Source: an uncultured Thermoleophilia bacterium
GTDB taxonomy: Bacteria; Actinomycetota; Thermoleophilia; UBA2241
Direction of reading: 5' to 3'
Length of the DNA stretch: 64,000 bases
Assembly: GCA_963709635.1 (NCBI GenBank)
Contig: CAVPXA010000025.1
Location: 26,686 to 90,685, forward strand
The notes below the pieces were generated by a model. It was not told the DNA's origin and did not search any database. It saw only the letters and a program-made list of their open reading frames with translations. Made by a program: the position numbers and the translations under genes. This document shows, piece by piece, positions 11,160 to 24,306 of the stretch (position 1 is its first letter; each line of letters starts with the position of its first letter).

Positions 11160-11951
11160 ATGACGTCCGACATGAGCGGCAAGACAGTGGTGATCACGGG
11201 AGCGGCCGGAGGCGTCGGCGCCGCCGCGGCGCGGCGCTTCGCCGAGGCCGGCGCGACCCTGGTGCTCGGCGACCTCAATGCGGTGGCGCTGGAGGACCTC
11301 TGCGGCCAGGTGGCCGCGCTCGCCGAGGTGCACGGCGTCGCCTGCGACGTCACCAGGGTCGCCGACATCGAGAACCTCATGGCCGAGGCCGTGGAGGTCA
11401 CCGGCCGCATCGACGTGCTGGTCAACACCGCGGGGCTGTGGGTGGAGGGTCCGACCGAGGAGATGACGGAGGCCGACTGGGACCGCGTCGTGGACGTCAA
11501 CCTCAAGGGCACGTTCTTCGCCTGCAGCCGTGCCATCCCCGAGCTCAAGAAGACCGAGGGCTGCATCATCAACCTCAGCTCGGACGCCGGGCTGGTCGGG
11601 ACGCCGGAGACGGCGGTCTACACGGCGTCCAAGGGCGGCGTGAGCCTGATGACCAAAGCCCTCGCGATCGAACTGGCGCCGCACCTGGTGCGCGTCAACG
11701 CGGTCTGCCCGGCCGACATCATGACGCCGATGCTGCAGTACCAGGCCGACACGTACGGCGGCGGCGACCCCGAGGGCTACTTCAAGCGCCTGCTCGCCAG
11801 CTACTTCCAGGGCGAGAAGGCGCGCTTCATCACGCCGGAGGAGGTCGCGGAGCTGATCTTCTTCCTCGCCTCCGCGCCGGCGGCGCCGATCACCGGCGCC
11901 AACATCTCCATCGACTTCGGCACCTCGGCTGGGTACGGCTACCAGGAATGA
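11160..11951 (+). CDS. SDR-family oxidoreductase
   Basis: GGGGAGG RBS precedes the ATG at 11160. Motifs TGAAGGVG, NTAG and YxASK are present. The stop overlaps the next ATG as ATGA. Confidence 0.8.
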   Translation: MTSDMSGKTVVITGAAGGVGAAAARRFAEAGATLVLGDLNAVALEDLCGQVAALAEVHGVACDVTRVADIENLMAEAVEVTGRIDVLVNTAGLWVEGPTEEMTEADWDRVVDVNLKGTFFACSRAIPELKKTEGCIINLSSDAGLVGTPETAVYTASKGGVSLMTKALAIELAPHLVRVNAVCPADIMTPMLQYQADTYGGGDPEGYFKRLLASYFQGEKARFITPEEVAELIFFLASAPAAPITGANISIDFGTSAGYGYQE

Positions 11952-12880
11952 CCCGGCGCGCCGTCAGCGTCCCGGCCTGCCCGGCGCCACGCGGGGCCGG
12001 CCTCTGCCGGCCCGTCTCGCGGCGCTGCTCGTGGCGGCCCTGCTGGCGGCGCTCGCCGCGCTCGCGCTCGCCGGCCCGGCCGCCGCGCTGTACCGGCCGG
12101 GCGACGACTGGCGGCACGTGGAGTCGACGCTCAAGGCGCTGAACCGCCAGCCGCCGGGCGTCCCGGTGTCTACCTGCTCGGCGGCTCGGCGGCGCGCGAG
12201 TGCATCACCACCGAGCCGGCGTGGAGCGCGCCAGATCCGGCGGCTTGGCGGGCGGCCGCGTGCGCGCTCTCAACTTCGGCTCGTCAAGCCAGGCGTTCAA
12301 GCACGGAGCTCACCATCGTGAACGCCGCTGCCGGCGGTGCCCGACGATCGTGCTCATCGGGCTCAACGTCGGGAGCTACACGTCCATCCCGCCCGAGAGA
12401 CGCCCTGCCGTCCCGCCGGCCGCGCGGCCGCGGCTCGCGGGCGTCTACGACTCGCATCGCTTTCACGCCGGCCAGCAGCTCTCGGACGCCGCCAAGCGCG
12501 GCGATCGTGTCGGACCAGTGGCTGCGCGTCAAGTACCCGCGCTTCAAGGCGCGCTACGCGGGCAACGCGGCCGTGCTGCGCGAGCTCATCGCGCGTCTGC
12601 CAGGACAAGGGCTTCTACCCGGTGCTGGTGGAGTTGCCGCTGAACCTGCGCATCGTCGGCCACTCCTGGGACGCGCGCGCGCGACCGCTACCGCCGCGGG
12701 GCTCGCTCCGCCGCCCGCGCCGACGGCATCCCCTACGACGACTTCATCGCCCGCATCGGCCTTGTGAGCAGCTGACTTCGTCGACCTCGCCCACCTCGTC
12801 GAGCCCGGCCGGGCCAAGTACCAGCGCCGGCTCTCACGTGCTCGTCGTCACCAGGCTCAGCAGTACGCCCTGGCGCCGAT
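11948..12880 (+). pseudogene. heavily frameshifted SGNH/GDSL-hydrolase-like lipoprotein gene remnant
   Basis: Protein-like segments (signal-peptide-like LAAALVAALLAALAALALA, VYLLGGSAAREC, IVLIGLNVGSY, VKYPRFKARYAGNAAVLRELIA) are spread over all three frames with at least 5 frame changes in 0.9 kb. Confidence 0.35.
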
Positions 12881-12927
12881 GACCCCGTCCGTCCTACGCC
12901 ATCCAGGGAAGGAGCGCCACGCAGACC

Positions 12928-14337
12928 ATGGCTGAGAAACCGTTCATCCACCCCTACATCCCGAACTCGGTGCCTGAGACCAAGCAGGCCATGCTCGACG
13001 AGCTCGGGCTGAGCAGCGTGGAGGAGATCTACGCTGAGATCCCCGACCGCCTGCGCTTCAAGGGCACGCTGGACATCCCGCCGGCGATCCTCAGCGAGCG
13101 GCAGCTGCGCAAGCACGTGCAGGGCCTGCTCGACACGAACACCTCGTCCGTCGACTTCATGAACTTCTGCGGCGCCGGCTGCTGGCAGCACCACGTGCCC
13201 TCGGTCGTCGACGAGATCATCAACCGCGCCGAGTTCGTCAGCGCCTACTGCGGCGGCGACTACAGCGACCTCGGCAAGTACCTGACGCGCTACGAGTTCA
13301 ACAGCATGATGGGCGAGCTGCTCGACCTCGACGGCGTCGCCAACCCCATCTACGACTGGGGCGACGTGGCCGGGCGCTCGTTCCGCATGGCCCGGCGCAT
13401 CACCGGCCGCGACAAGGTGCTCGTGCCGGCGCACATGAGCCCCATGCGCCTCATGGAGGCGCGCACGCTCTGCCAGCCGGAGTCGATGGCCAACAGCACC
13501 AAGATCCGCTTCTACGAGTGGGACCGCGAGACGGGCATGGTCGACCTCGAGGACCTCAAGGCCAAGCTCGACGACTCCTACGCCGCCGTGTACTGGGAGA
13601 GCCCGGGCTACCTCGGGACCATCGAGGCCAATGGCGCCGAGATCGTCAAGCTCGCGCACGCCGCCGGCGCGCTCGCCATCAGCGGCGTCGACCCCATCAC
13701 GCTCGGCGTGCTCGCGCCGCCCGGCGCCATCGGCGCCGACATCGCCTGCGGCGACATCCAGCCGCTGGGTATGCACATGCACGCCGGCGGCGGCTGCTCG
13801 GGGTTCATCGGGTTCCGCGACGACGACCCGGTGTTCGCCCAGGAGTGCCCGCTCGAGCTCTACACCGTCATGGAGACGGCGACGCCGGGCCAGTACGCCG
13901 TCGGCGAGGCCATGGCCGACCGCACCAGCTACGGCGCCCGCGACCAGGGCAAGGACTGGGTCGGGACGGCGTCGGGCCTGTGGACCATCGCCGCCGCGGT
14001 GTACATGGCGCTGATGGGCCCGCAGGGCTTCAGGGAGCTCGGCGAGACCTGCATCGCCCGCTCGCACTACGCGGCCAAGAAGCTCGGCGAGCTGCCGGGC
14101 GTGGAGATCAAGCTCTCGCCGAGCTTCTTCAAGGAGTTCGTCGTCAACTTCGACGGCGCCGGCAAGAGCGTGGCCGAGGTCAACAAGGCCCTGCTCGGCC
14201 ACCAGATCTTCGGCGGCAAGGACCTCTCCGCCGAGTTCCCCGAGCTCGGTCAGAGCGCGCTCTACTGCGTCACCGAGTACTACGACCAGGCCGACATCGA
14301 CGCGTTGGTGTCGGCGGTCAAGGAGGTGACGGCATGA
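12928..14337 (+). CDS. gcvPA: glycine dehydrogenase (decarboxylating) subunit 1
   Basis: Intact 469-aa ORF with a GcvPA-typical N-terminus (FIHPYIPNS...MLDELGLSS). Confidence 0.9.
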   Translation: MAEKPFIHPYIPNSVPETKQAMLDELGLSSVEEIYAEIPDRLRFKGTLDIPPAILSERQLRKHVQGLLDTNTSSVDFMNFCGAGCWQHHVPSVVDEIINRAEFVSAYCGGDYSDLGKYLTRYEFNSMMGELLDLDGVANPIYDWGDVAGRSFRMARRITGRDKVLVPAHMSPMRLMEARTLCQPESMANSTKIRFYEWDRETGMVDLEDLKAKLDDSYAAVYWESPGYLGTIEANGAEIVKLAHAAGALAISGVDPITLGVLAPPGAIGADIACGDIQPLGMHMHAGGGCSGFIGFRDDDPVFAQECPLELYTVMETATPGQYAVGEAMADRTSYGARDQGKDWVGTASGLWTIAAAVYMALMGPQGFRELGETCIARSHYAAKKLGELPGVEIKLSPSFFKEFVVNFDGAGKSVAEVNKALLGHQIFGGKDLSAEFPELGQSALYCVTEYYDQADIDALVSAVKEVTA

Positions 14338-14346
14338 CCCGGGCAG

Positions 14347-15957
14347 ATGAAGAAGGCGGCGGAAGAGAAGGTCGCCGAGCTGGCGAAGCTGCGCCGCGAC
14401 GGCGGCGTGCTGCACGACTACCGCGCGCCGCGCTGGGACGAGCCCTTCATCATGGAGCAGGGCTCGCCGGGCGAGCGCGGCATCTGCGTGCCGCTCGCCG
14501 AGGACGCCGTCACGGCCGAGGTGGGCGCGGCGGCGGACTACATCCCCGAGGGGATGGCCCGCGCCGCCGCCCCCGAGTTGCCGGAGATGGCCCAGTACCA
14601 GGTCCTGCGCCACTACCTGCGGTACGCGCAGATGACGCTGGGCATGGACCTCGGCAGCGACATCAGCGAGGGCACCTGCACCATGAAGTACTCGCCCAAG
14701 ATGCACGAGGAGCTCATCCGCGGCCACAAGGCGGCGGACGTGCACCCGTGGCAGGACGAGGACACCCTGCAGGGCCTGCTCGAGATCGTCTACGACACCG
14801 GGCAGTACCTGAAGTCCATCAGCGGCATGGACGCCTTCACGCTGCAGCCGGGCGGCGGCTCGCACGCCGTGTACACCAACGCGTGCGTCATGCGCCGCTA
14901 CTTCGAGGCCAAGGGCGAGCTCGGCCAGCGCAACGAGATGATCACGACGATCTTCTCGCACCCGTGCGACGCGGCGACGCCCATGGTGGCCGGCTTCAAG
15001 GTCATCACCGTCATGCCCGACGAGAACGGCTACCCCGACCTCGAGGCGTTCCGCGCGGCCGTCAGCGAGAAGACCGTCGGCTGCATGATCACCAACCCCG
15101 AAGACACCGGCATCTACAACCCGCAGATCGACAAGTACGTCGAGATCCTGCACGACGCCGGCGCCCTGGCGTTCACCGACCAGGCCAACGCCAACGGCAT
15201 CCTGGGATTCGCCCGGGCCCGCGACGCCGGGTTCGACGCCTGCCACTTCAACCTGCACAAGACGTTCAGCAGCCCGCACGGCTGCGAGGGCCCGGCGACC
15301 GGCGCCTACATGTGCACCGACGAGCTGGCGCCGTACCTGCCGGTCCCGCTGGTGACCAAAGGACGGCGAGCAGGTACCACCTCGACTACGACCGGCCCGA
15401 GAGCATCGGCCGCGTGCGCGGGTTCCTTGGCAACTGGATGGGCGTCATCCGCGCCTACGCGTGGATCCGCACCATGGGTCCGGAGGGCCTCAAGGAGGTC
15501 GCCGAGATCTCAGTGCTCAACAACGCGTACCTCGACAACCTGCTCATGGCGATCCGGGGCGTCAGCCGGCCGTATGCCGAAGGCCACCGCCGGCTCGACC
15601 AGGTGCGCTACAGCCTGGAGAAGCTCAAGGAGGACACCGGCATCGGCACCGAGGCCGTGCGCGACCGCCAGGTCGACTTCGGCATCCAGAGCCACTGGAT
15701 GAGTCACCACCCCTGGGTGGTCCCCGAGCCGTTCACGCCGGAGCCCTGCGAGACCTACAGCAAGGCCGACCTCGACGAGTGGGCGGCGGTCATGAAGAAG
15801 GGCAGCGACGAGTCCTACGCCGACGCGCAGTTCGTGCTCGACTCGCCGCACGCGCAGCCGATCGACCAGATGCGGCGCACGCGAGGCCATGGAGGACCCG
15901 GACCAGTGGGCCTTCACGTGGCGCAAGTACAAGCGCAAGTTCAAGGGCAAGGTCTGA
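14347..15957 (+). CDS. gcvPB: glycine dehydrogenase (decarboxylating) subunit 2 (two frame changes)
   Basis: GcvPB blocks (GSCTMKYSPK, HLNLHKTFSSPHGC) are present. The frame shifts near 15365 (LAPYLPVPLVTK then YHLDYDRPESIGRV). The C-terminus MEDPDQWAFTWRKYKRKFKGKV is in a third frame ending at TGA 15955-15957. Confidence 0.85.
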
Positions 15958-15987
15958 TGCTCTCGAGCTGACGCTCGCGAGCGCACG

Positions 15988-16068
15988 GGGCGGGGCGGGG
16001 CCGCAGAGCGGCTCCGCCCCGCCGCCGCTCGGGTATCATGGCCGGGCCGGCCGCTCCCGCGGCCGGCC
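15988..16068 (+). terminator. two consecutive GC-rich hairpins downstream of gcvPB (putative U-tract-less terminator)
   Basis: The first is ggcggggcgg with a 15-nt loop and ccgccccgcc. The second is a perfect 10-bp stem ggccggccgc, loop tccc, gcggccggcc at 16045-16068. Confidence 0.35.
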
Positions 16069-16096
16069 TTCGCTCACTCGACGAAAGGCGGACGAG

Positions 16097-16336
16097 GTGC
16101 CTCAGCAACCTCCCAGGCGTGGGATCCGCGCGGCGGAGGCGCTCGGCCTCACCGTCTTCGCGCTCACGGTGGTGTTCCTCGCCGCGCTGCTCGTCACGTG
16201 GATCCTCAAGGTGCCGGACGAGTTCTCGCAGGTAGCGCTCGTGTTCTCGACCGCCTGCGGGGTGGCCGCGGCCTTCGGCATGCTGTGGGACGCCATCGAC
16301 CTGTGGTTGCGCGGCCGCCAGCATGCCGCCGCGTGA
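16097..16336 (+). CDS. small hypothetical membrane protein
   Basis: GTG start in the ORF 15461..16336 frame. The hydrophobic segment reads LGLTVFALTVVFLAALLVTWIL. Confidence 0.3.
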   Translation: MPQQPPRRGIRAAEALGLTVFALTVVFLAALLVTWILKVPDEFSQVALVFSTACGVAAAFGMLWDAIDLWLRGRQHAAA

Positions 16337-16353
16337 CGGTCAAGAACGTCCGC

Positions 16354-16635
16354 ATGATGGTGTGGGTCGGCGTGCTCGGGGCGCTGGCGACGAGCATCCT
16401 CGGCCAGAACACGATGATCGTGCTGTACCTCGCACCGGCGTTGGTCACCTACCTGTTCATCTCCCGGCGCGTTCCTGCGGGTTCCGCGGCGCGGGCCGCC
16501 GCGAGGTCGGGCGGCGGCGGGAGTGCGGGCGGTGCGCGGTCCGGTGGCGAGCACCACGTCCAAGGGACGCCAGCGCCGCGGCGGCAGAAAGCGCCGCTAG
16601 AGACGCAGCGCGAGGTGCGACCGGTGATGGGGTGA
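16354..16635 (+). CDS. small hypothetical membrane protein
   Basis: Starts MMVWVGVLGALATSILGQNTMIVLYLAPALVTYLFI. It ends 3 nt after the GTG of the next gene. Confidence 0.25.
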   Translation: MMVWVGVLGALATSILGQNTMIVLYLAPALVTYLFISRRVPAGSAARAAARSGGGGSAGGARSGGEHHVQGTPAPRRQKAPLETQREVRPVMG

Positions 16636-17831
16636 ACGTGAAGAGGCTCGGCGTCATCGTCAATCCGTGTGCCGGAGTCGGCGGCCGCGTGGGCCTCAAG
16701 GGCAGCGACGGCGCCGAGGTGCTGCGCGCCGCGCTCGAGCTGGGCGCCGTGCGCGACGCTCCGCGGCGCGCGCGGCTGGCGCTCGAGCGCGTCGCGCGCG
16801 TCCGCGACCACGTGGAGGTCGTCACGTGGCCGGGCGAGATGGGCGAGGACGAGGCGCGCGCGGCCGGCTTCGAACCGCGCGTGATCGGCTCGCTCGAGGG
16901 GCGCCGGTCGTACGTGCTCTGCGAGCTGGACCGGACGGGCGCGCAGCCCCACATCGCCTGCGGCGACTTCGTGCTCACCACGCCGGACGACACGCGACAG
17001 GCCGCGCGCGGCCTGCTCGCCGCCGGCGTGGACCTCATCCTCTTCGCCGGCGGCGACGGCACCGCGCGCAACATCTGCAGCGCGGTCGGGGACGCGGTGC
17101 CGGTCATCGGCGTTCCCGCCGGCGTCAAGATCCACTCGGCGGTGTACGCCACCACGCCGGCCGCCGCCGGTGACCTGTGCTGCCTCTATCTGCACGAGCG
17201 GCCCGCGGCCGTGCAGCTTCGCGAGGGCGAGGTCATGGACATCGACGAGGAGGCGTTCCGGGACAACCGCGTCTCGGCGCACCTCTACGGCTACATGACC
17301 GTCCCGTACTCGCGCGGCCTCACGCAGAGCGCCAAGGCCGGCGGGGTGGCCGGCGAGGAGCGGGCCCTCAACGACATCGCCACGGAGGTCGTCGCCGGGA
17401 TGAAGCCCGGCGCGCTCTACATCCTCGGTCCCGGCACGACCACCCGCACGGTCATGGAGCGCCTCGGGCTGCCCAAGACGCTCCTCGGCGTGGACGCCGT
17501 CCGCGACGGCGAGCTCCTCGGCGCGGACCTCACCGAGGGGGACCTGATCGCGCTGGCCGCCGAGGCGCCGGAGAGCTTCATCGTGGTCACCGTCATCGGC
17601 GGCCAGGGGCACATCTTCGGGCGCGGCAACCAGCAGATCAGCCCGGCCGTCATCCGGGCGGTGGGGCCGGGCAACGTCATCGTGATCGCCACCCAGACCA
17701 AGCTGCTCAGCCTGGAGGGCCGGCCGCTGCTCGTCGACACCGGCGATCCCGCGCTCGACGATCAGCTCTCCGGCTACGTCAAGGTCGTCACGGCGCTGGG
17801 CGAGCGGACGATGTACAAGGTCGGCGCCTGA
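16632..17831 (+). CDS. ATP-NAD kinase family protein (PF01513-type, predicted NAD/polyphosphate kinase)
   Basis: GTG at 16632 gives VNVKRLGVIVNPCAG. The GGDGT motif is present (ILFAGGDGTARN). Confidence 0.75.
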   Translation: MNVKRLGVIVNPCAGVGGRVGLKGSDGAEVLRAALELGAVRDAPRRARLALERVARVRDHVEVVTWPGEMGEDEARAAGFEPRVIGSLEGRRSYVLCELDRTGAQPHIACGDFVLTTPDDTRQAARGLLAAGVDLILFAGGDGTARNICSAVGDAVPVIGVPAGVKIHSAVYATTPAAAGDLCCLYLHERPAAVQLREGEVMDIDEEAFRDNRVSAHLYGYMTVPYSRGLTQSAKAGGVAGEERALNDIATEVVAGMKPGALYILGPGTTTRTVMERLGLPKTLLGVDAVRDGELLGADLTEGDLIALAAEAPESFIVVTVIGGQGHIFGRGNQQISPAVIRAVGPGNVIVIATQTKLLSLEGRPLLVDTGDPALDDQLSGYVKVVTALGERTMYKVGA

Positions 17832-18103
17832 CCCGACTTCCGCGCCGTCCGGGCAGCCTGCCGCCGCCGCGCCGTGCCGGCGCCGCGTCGCCTGCGGCTG
17901 ACCACGCTCTTCCCGTCCGTCTAGACGTCCGTTCCATGTGCGGCGGCGGACGCCGGGCCGACGCAGTGCTCAGGCGGCGGTGGCGGCCGCCCTTGCCTAC
18001 GCCCTGCGGCCGCCGCCGTCCGCCTCCTCTTCTTCCCGTCTTCTCGCTTGCTCTCCTGCTCGGAGACCGCTCGCACAAACCTCCGCGATTGCTAACTTGA
18101 TGC

Positions 18104-18131
18104 TTGCAAACGCGTCAGAAAGTTATACAAT
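18104..18131 (+). promoter_or_regulatory. putative sigma-A promoter of the saccharopine-dehydrogenase/SBP operon
   Basis: TTGCAA, a 16-nt spacer, then TACAAT lie in the only AT-rich stretch of the region. A structured leader of about 105 nt follows, with a hairpin at 18151-18183. Confidence 0.4.
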
Positions 18132-18237
18132 CCGCTTCATTGTACGCTCTGGAGGGGTCTACGCATGCGTTCGAGACGCCTCCGCCCAAGAGGCGCCCGC
18201 CCGGGGCGCTCACGTCTCGTCAAGGAGAAGGAACGTC

Positions 18238-19535
18238 ATGAAGGCTCTCGTCGTCGGTACCGGTGGTGTCGGTCAGTCCATCGCCGCGATCGCCAAGCTT
18301 CGCGACCCCAATGGTGAGTGGCTCGAGAAGATGGTGATGGCGGACTACGACGGCAAGCGCGCCGCGGACTTCGTCGCCACCCTCAAGGATCCGCGCTTCG
18401 TCGCCGAGCAGGTCGACGCGAGCGACGTCGACGCCGTGGCCGCGCTGGCCGAGAAGCACGGCGCCGACATCCTGATGAACCTCTGCGCCCCCAACTTCAA
18501 CCCGCCGCTCCTGCAGGCTGCGCTCAAGGCCAAGGTCCACTACCTCGACACCGCCATGACGCTGAGCGAGTGGCACCCCACCGACCCGTTCCACAAGACC
18601 GGCAAGAAGCTCGGCGACGACGAGTACGCGCTCAGCCCCGAGTTCGAGGCGATCGGCAAGTACGCGCTCGCCGGCTTCGGCGTCGAGCCCGGCATGGCCG
18701 ACTTCTTCGCGCGCTACGCCGCCGACCACCTCTTCGACGAGATCGACTACATCGGCATCCGCGACGGCAGCAACCTCGAGATCCCCGGCGCGACCGGCAT
18801 CAGCTTCGGCTTCAGCGTCTGGACCACCATCGAGGAGTGCAACAACCCGGCGATCGTGTTCGAGAACGGCGACTTCCACACCGTCGAGCCGTTCGCCGAG
18901 CTCGAGAAGTTCTGGCTGCCCGAGGGCATCGGCGAGGTCGAGGTCGGCCACGTCGAGCACGAGGAGGTCGTCCAGATCGGCCACAACGCCGACAAGCTCA
19001 AGGGCGTCAAGAAGGCCGAGTTCAAGTACGCCCTCGGCGACGAGTTCATGGCCGCCATGGACGTCTTCCGCTCGATCAACATCGACAAGGCCGAGAAGAT
19101 CAAGGTCGGCGACGTCATGGTCGCGCCGCGCGACGTCATCGCCGCCGCCGCTCCGGACCCGAACGAGATCGGCAAGCAGTACGTGGGCAAGACGGCCGCC
19201 GGCACCTACGTGATCGGCAAGAAGGACGGCCTGGAGCGCAAGGTGTACCTGTATCAGGTCGCCGACAACAAGGAGTGCGTGGACAAGTACGGCACCCAGG
19301 TCGTCGTCGCGCAGACCGCCTTCACGCCGGTCATCGCCATCGAGCTCCTCGCCAAGGGCAGCCTCGGCAGCAAGCCGGGCGACCCCAAGAGCGGCGTCCA
19401 CAACCCCGAGGCGTTCAACGCCGACGACTACGTGGCGCTCATGCCGGCCTCGAGTTCCCCGGCGGCCTGCTCGAGGTCGAGTCCGAGTACAAGATCGCCA
19501 AGGATCGTCAGGCCCTGCTCGACCTGGCGAAGTAG
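18238..19535 (+). CDS. saccharopine dehydrogenase family NAD(P)-binding protein (one frameshift near 19447)
   Basis: RBS AAGGAGAAGG. N-terminus MKALVVGTGGVGQSIA. The frame shifts at a CC run (LMPA|LEFPGGLLEVE) and ends at 19535. Confidence 0.8.
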
Positions 19536-19721
19536 GAGTCCTTCACAGGCCTTCGGCACGTGGCCGGCCGCCCCTCCCCGGGCGGCCGGCCATTTCCGTC
19601 TCCGGACCGGCTCCTTCTGCGGCGCTCGACCTTGCTCACGCAGGGAAGCGGCGCGATACTCGGATGACGAGATAGAGGCGGCGGCCGCGGCCGCCGTGGG
19701 GGACCGACGAGGGGGGACTCG

Positions 19722-21577
19722 ATGGCACGCCCCATCCACCACACCGAAGGCCGGCGACGGTCGTCTCACCTGCTCCTGCTGTTGCTGGTGGCGGGTGTCC
19801 TCATCGCCGGGCTGGCCTGGGGGCTCGGGTCCGCGCTGGCGGCCGACCCGAGCGCCTCCCCGGACGCCGGCAAGGTCGTGCTCCGCGTCGGCTGGACCAA
19901 CGACCCCGACAACCTCAACCCGTTCATCGGGGCCGAGACCTCGTCCTACGAGATCTGGCTGCTCAACTACGACTTCCTCACCGGGTACTCGCCCGACCTG
20001 CAGCCGACGCCGGACCTCGCGACCTCCTGGGAGACGTCGCCGGACGGCAAGACCTGGACGTTCCACCTGCGCGAGGGCGTCACGTGGCAGGACGGCGAAC
20101 CCCTTACGGCCGACGACGTCGCCTTCACCTACAACTACATCGTGGACAACGAGATGGGCGCGTTCTCGAGCCTCACGACCTTCATCGAGGAGGCCGTGGC
20201 GGTGGACGACCTCACCGTCGAGATCCGCTGCAGCAAGCCCAAGGCCAACATGATCCGCACCTGGATCCCGATCCTGCCGGAGCACGTCTGGAGCAAGGTG
20301 AGCCCCAAGGCCGCCGGCGCCTCGTACCAGAACAAGCCGCCGATCGTCGGCACCGGTCCCTTCCAGACGGTGGAGGTCAAGAAGGGCGACTACGTGCGCA
20401 TGGTCGCCAGTCCCTCCTACTGGGGCGAGCAGAAGCCGGCGGTGGACGAGATCCTCTTCATCACCTACCAGAACTCCGACACGATGACCCAGGACCTCCT
20501 GGCGGGGAACCTCGACGCCGCGTGGGGCATCCCGTCGGCCCAGTTCCCCAAGCTCGAGACCACGGAGGGGATCGAGGCTATCTCCTACAACCTGCTCACC
20601 TGGACCTACCTCTCCTTCAACTGCTACGAGGGGACCAGCCGCGGCAACCCGGTGCTGCGCGACGTGGCGTTCCGCCGGGCGCTCAACTGGGCCGTCGACC
20701 GGCAGAAGATCGTCGACCTCGCCTGGGCGGGTCGCGGCAAGCCGGGCACCACCATCATGACTCCCGACTCGTGGGTCGACCCGGACTACCACTGGGAGCC
20801 TCCGGCCGAGGCGCTGTTCGGCTTCGACCCGGCCAAGGCCGGCGCAGCTGCTCGACGAGGCCGGCTACAAGGACTCCGACGGGGACGGCCTGCGCGAGGA
20901 CAAGGCGGGCAAGCCCATCGAGCTGCGGCTGTGGGCCCGCACCGAGTCGCCCGAGAGCCAGAAGACCGGCAGCCTCATCACCGGGTGGTTCCGCGACCTC
21001 GGCCTCAAGATCGACTACCAGGTGATGGACGACGGCATCTACTACGACAGCATCTGGGCCTACGAGGGCGACGAGTACAGCCCGGACTTCGACATGTACC
21101 TCTGGAACTACGACGGGTACGCCGACCCGGGCGACTCGCTGGCGAGCTTCATCACCGCGCAGATCGAGAACTGGAACGAGCCGTGCTGGTCCGACGCCGA
21201 GTTCGACGCGGCGGTGGACGAGGCCAACACCACGCTGGACCCGGAGCAGCGCAAGGAGCTCATCTGGAGGGCGCAGCAGATCTTCTACGAGGAGTCGCCG
21301 CAGATCGTCACCGACTACCCGGAGAAGCTCGAGGCCGTCAACACCGCCAAGTGGGACGGCTGGACGCGGATGTACGGCGGCGAGGGGGCTGCGTTCTACA
21401 CGAGCTACATCCGCGACAGCTACCTGAACCTGAGGCCCAAGGCCGCCGTGGAGGATGCATCCGGCGGCGGCGCGAGCGGGACCGTGATCGGTCGTGGTCG
21501 TGGTGGTCGCCGTGGCCGTGCTCGCGGTGGTGGCCGTCCTGGTGCTGCGGCGCCGGAGGGCGACGGAAGAGGAGTGA
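19722..21577 (+). CDS. ABC transporter substrate-binding protein, family 5 (peptide/nickel/opine type); two frame changes
   Basis: Signal peptide, then the family-5 SBP core. Frame 0 changes to frame 1 near 20838 (DPAKAAQLLDEAGY restored by removing one G). Frame 1 changes to frame 2 near 21500, revealing a C-terminal hydrophobic anchor VVVVVAVAVLAVVAVLVLRRRR. Confidence 0.8.
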
Positions 21578-21581
21578 CGGC

Positions 21582-23848
<2,267 letters not shown>

Positions 23849-23933
23849 TCCCTCAGGGGCCTCGTCGGCAACGTCGGCGACCGTTCGGCCTCGAAGTCGC
23901 GGCCGGGCTCCCCGCGTGGCAAGATGCGTCTAC

Positions 23934-24031
23934 GGAGCGGCTCGTGGTCCGGTGACCACCGCGGTCTTCAAAACCGTCTGCGGGGCGATGATCCTGTCCT
24001 GGGTGGGTTCGACTCCCATGTCGCTCCGCCA
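23934..24031 (+). tRNA. selC: tRNA-Sec (anticodon TCA)
   Basis: 8-bp acceptor stem (GGAGCGGC/GTCGCTCC with one G-U). 6-bp D-stem GTGGTC/GACCAC with a 4-nt loop. Anticodon loop CTTCAAA has TCA at 23968-23970. Long variable arm. 5-bp T-stem GTGGG/CCCAT with loop TTCGACT. Discriminator G and encoded CCA at 24029-24031. The 8/5 architecture and the GGTTCGACTCC box match bacterial selC. Confidence 0.85.
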
Positions 24032-24306
24032 CTGTTTTGGGGGTGGGGTTAGGGGGTGCGCTGGAACGGTTGCGCGGGCTGGGAAGTAGATCTGGAGCTG
24101 CGTGCAGGAGAAGCCGGTGCGTGATGTCACGTTGTGCGATTGCACGGGCGGGAGACAGGCTGCCGATCTTCGGTTTGAGAGAAGCGACGGCGGGATGGCT
24201 GGTGGCGGTTGTGAGCACGACGTTGACTGCCGCTGATGGCGGCCGGGACGTGCAGACCGCCTGAGTGGCCGTCCAACTCGTCACGCTGGCCGGTGCGCCC
24301 GAAACG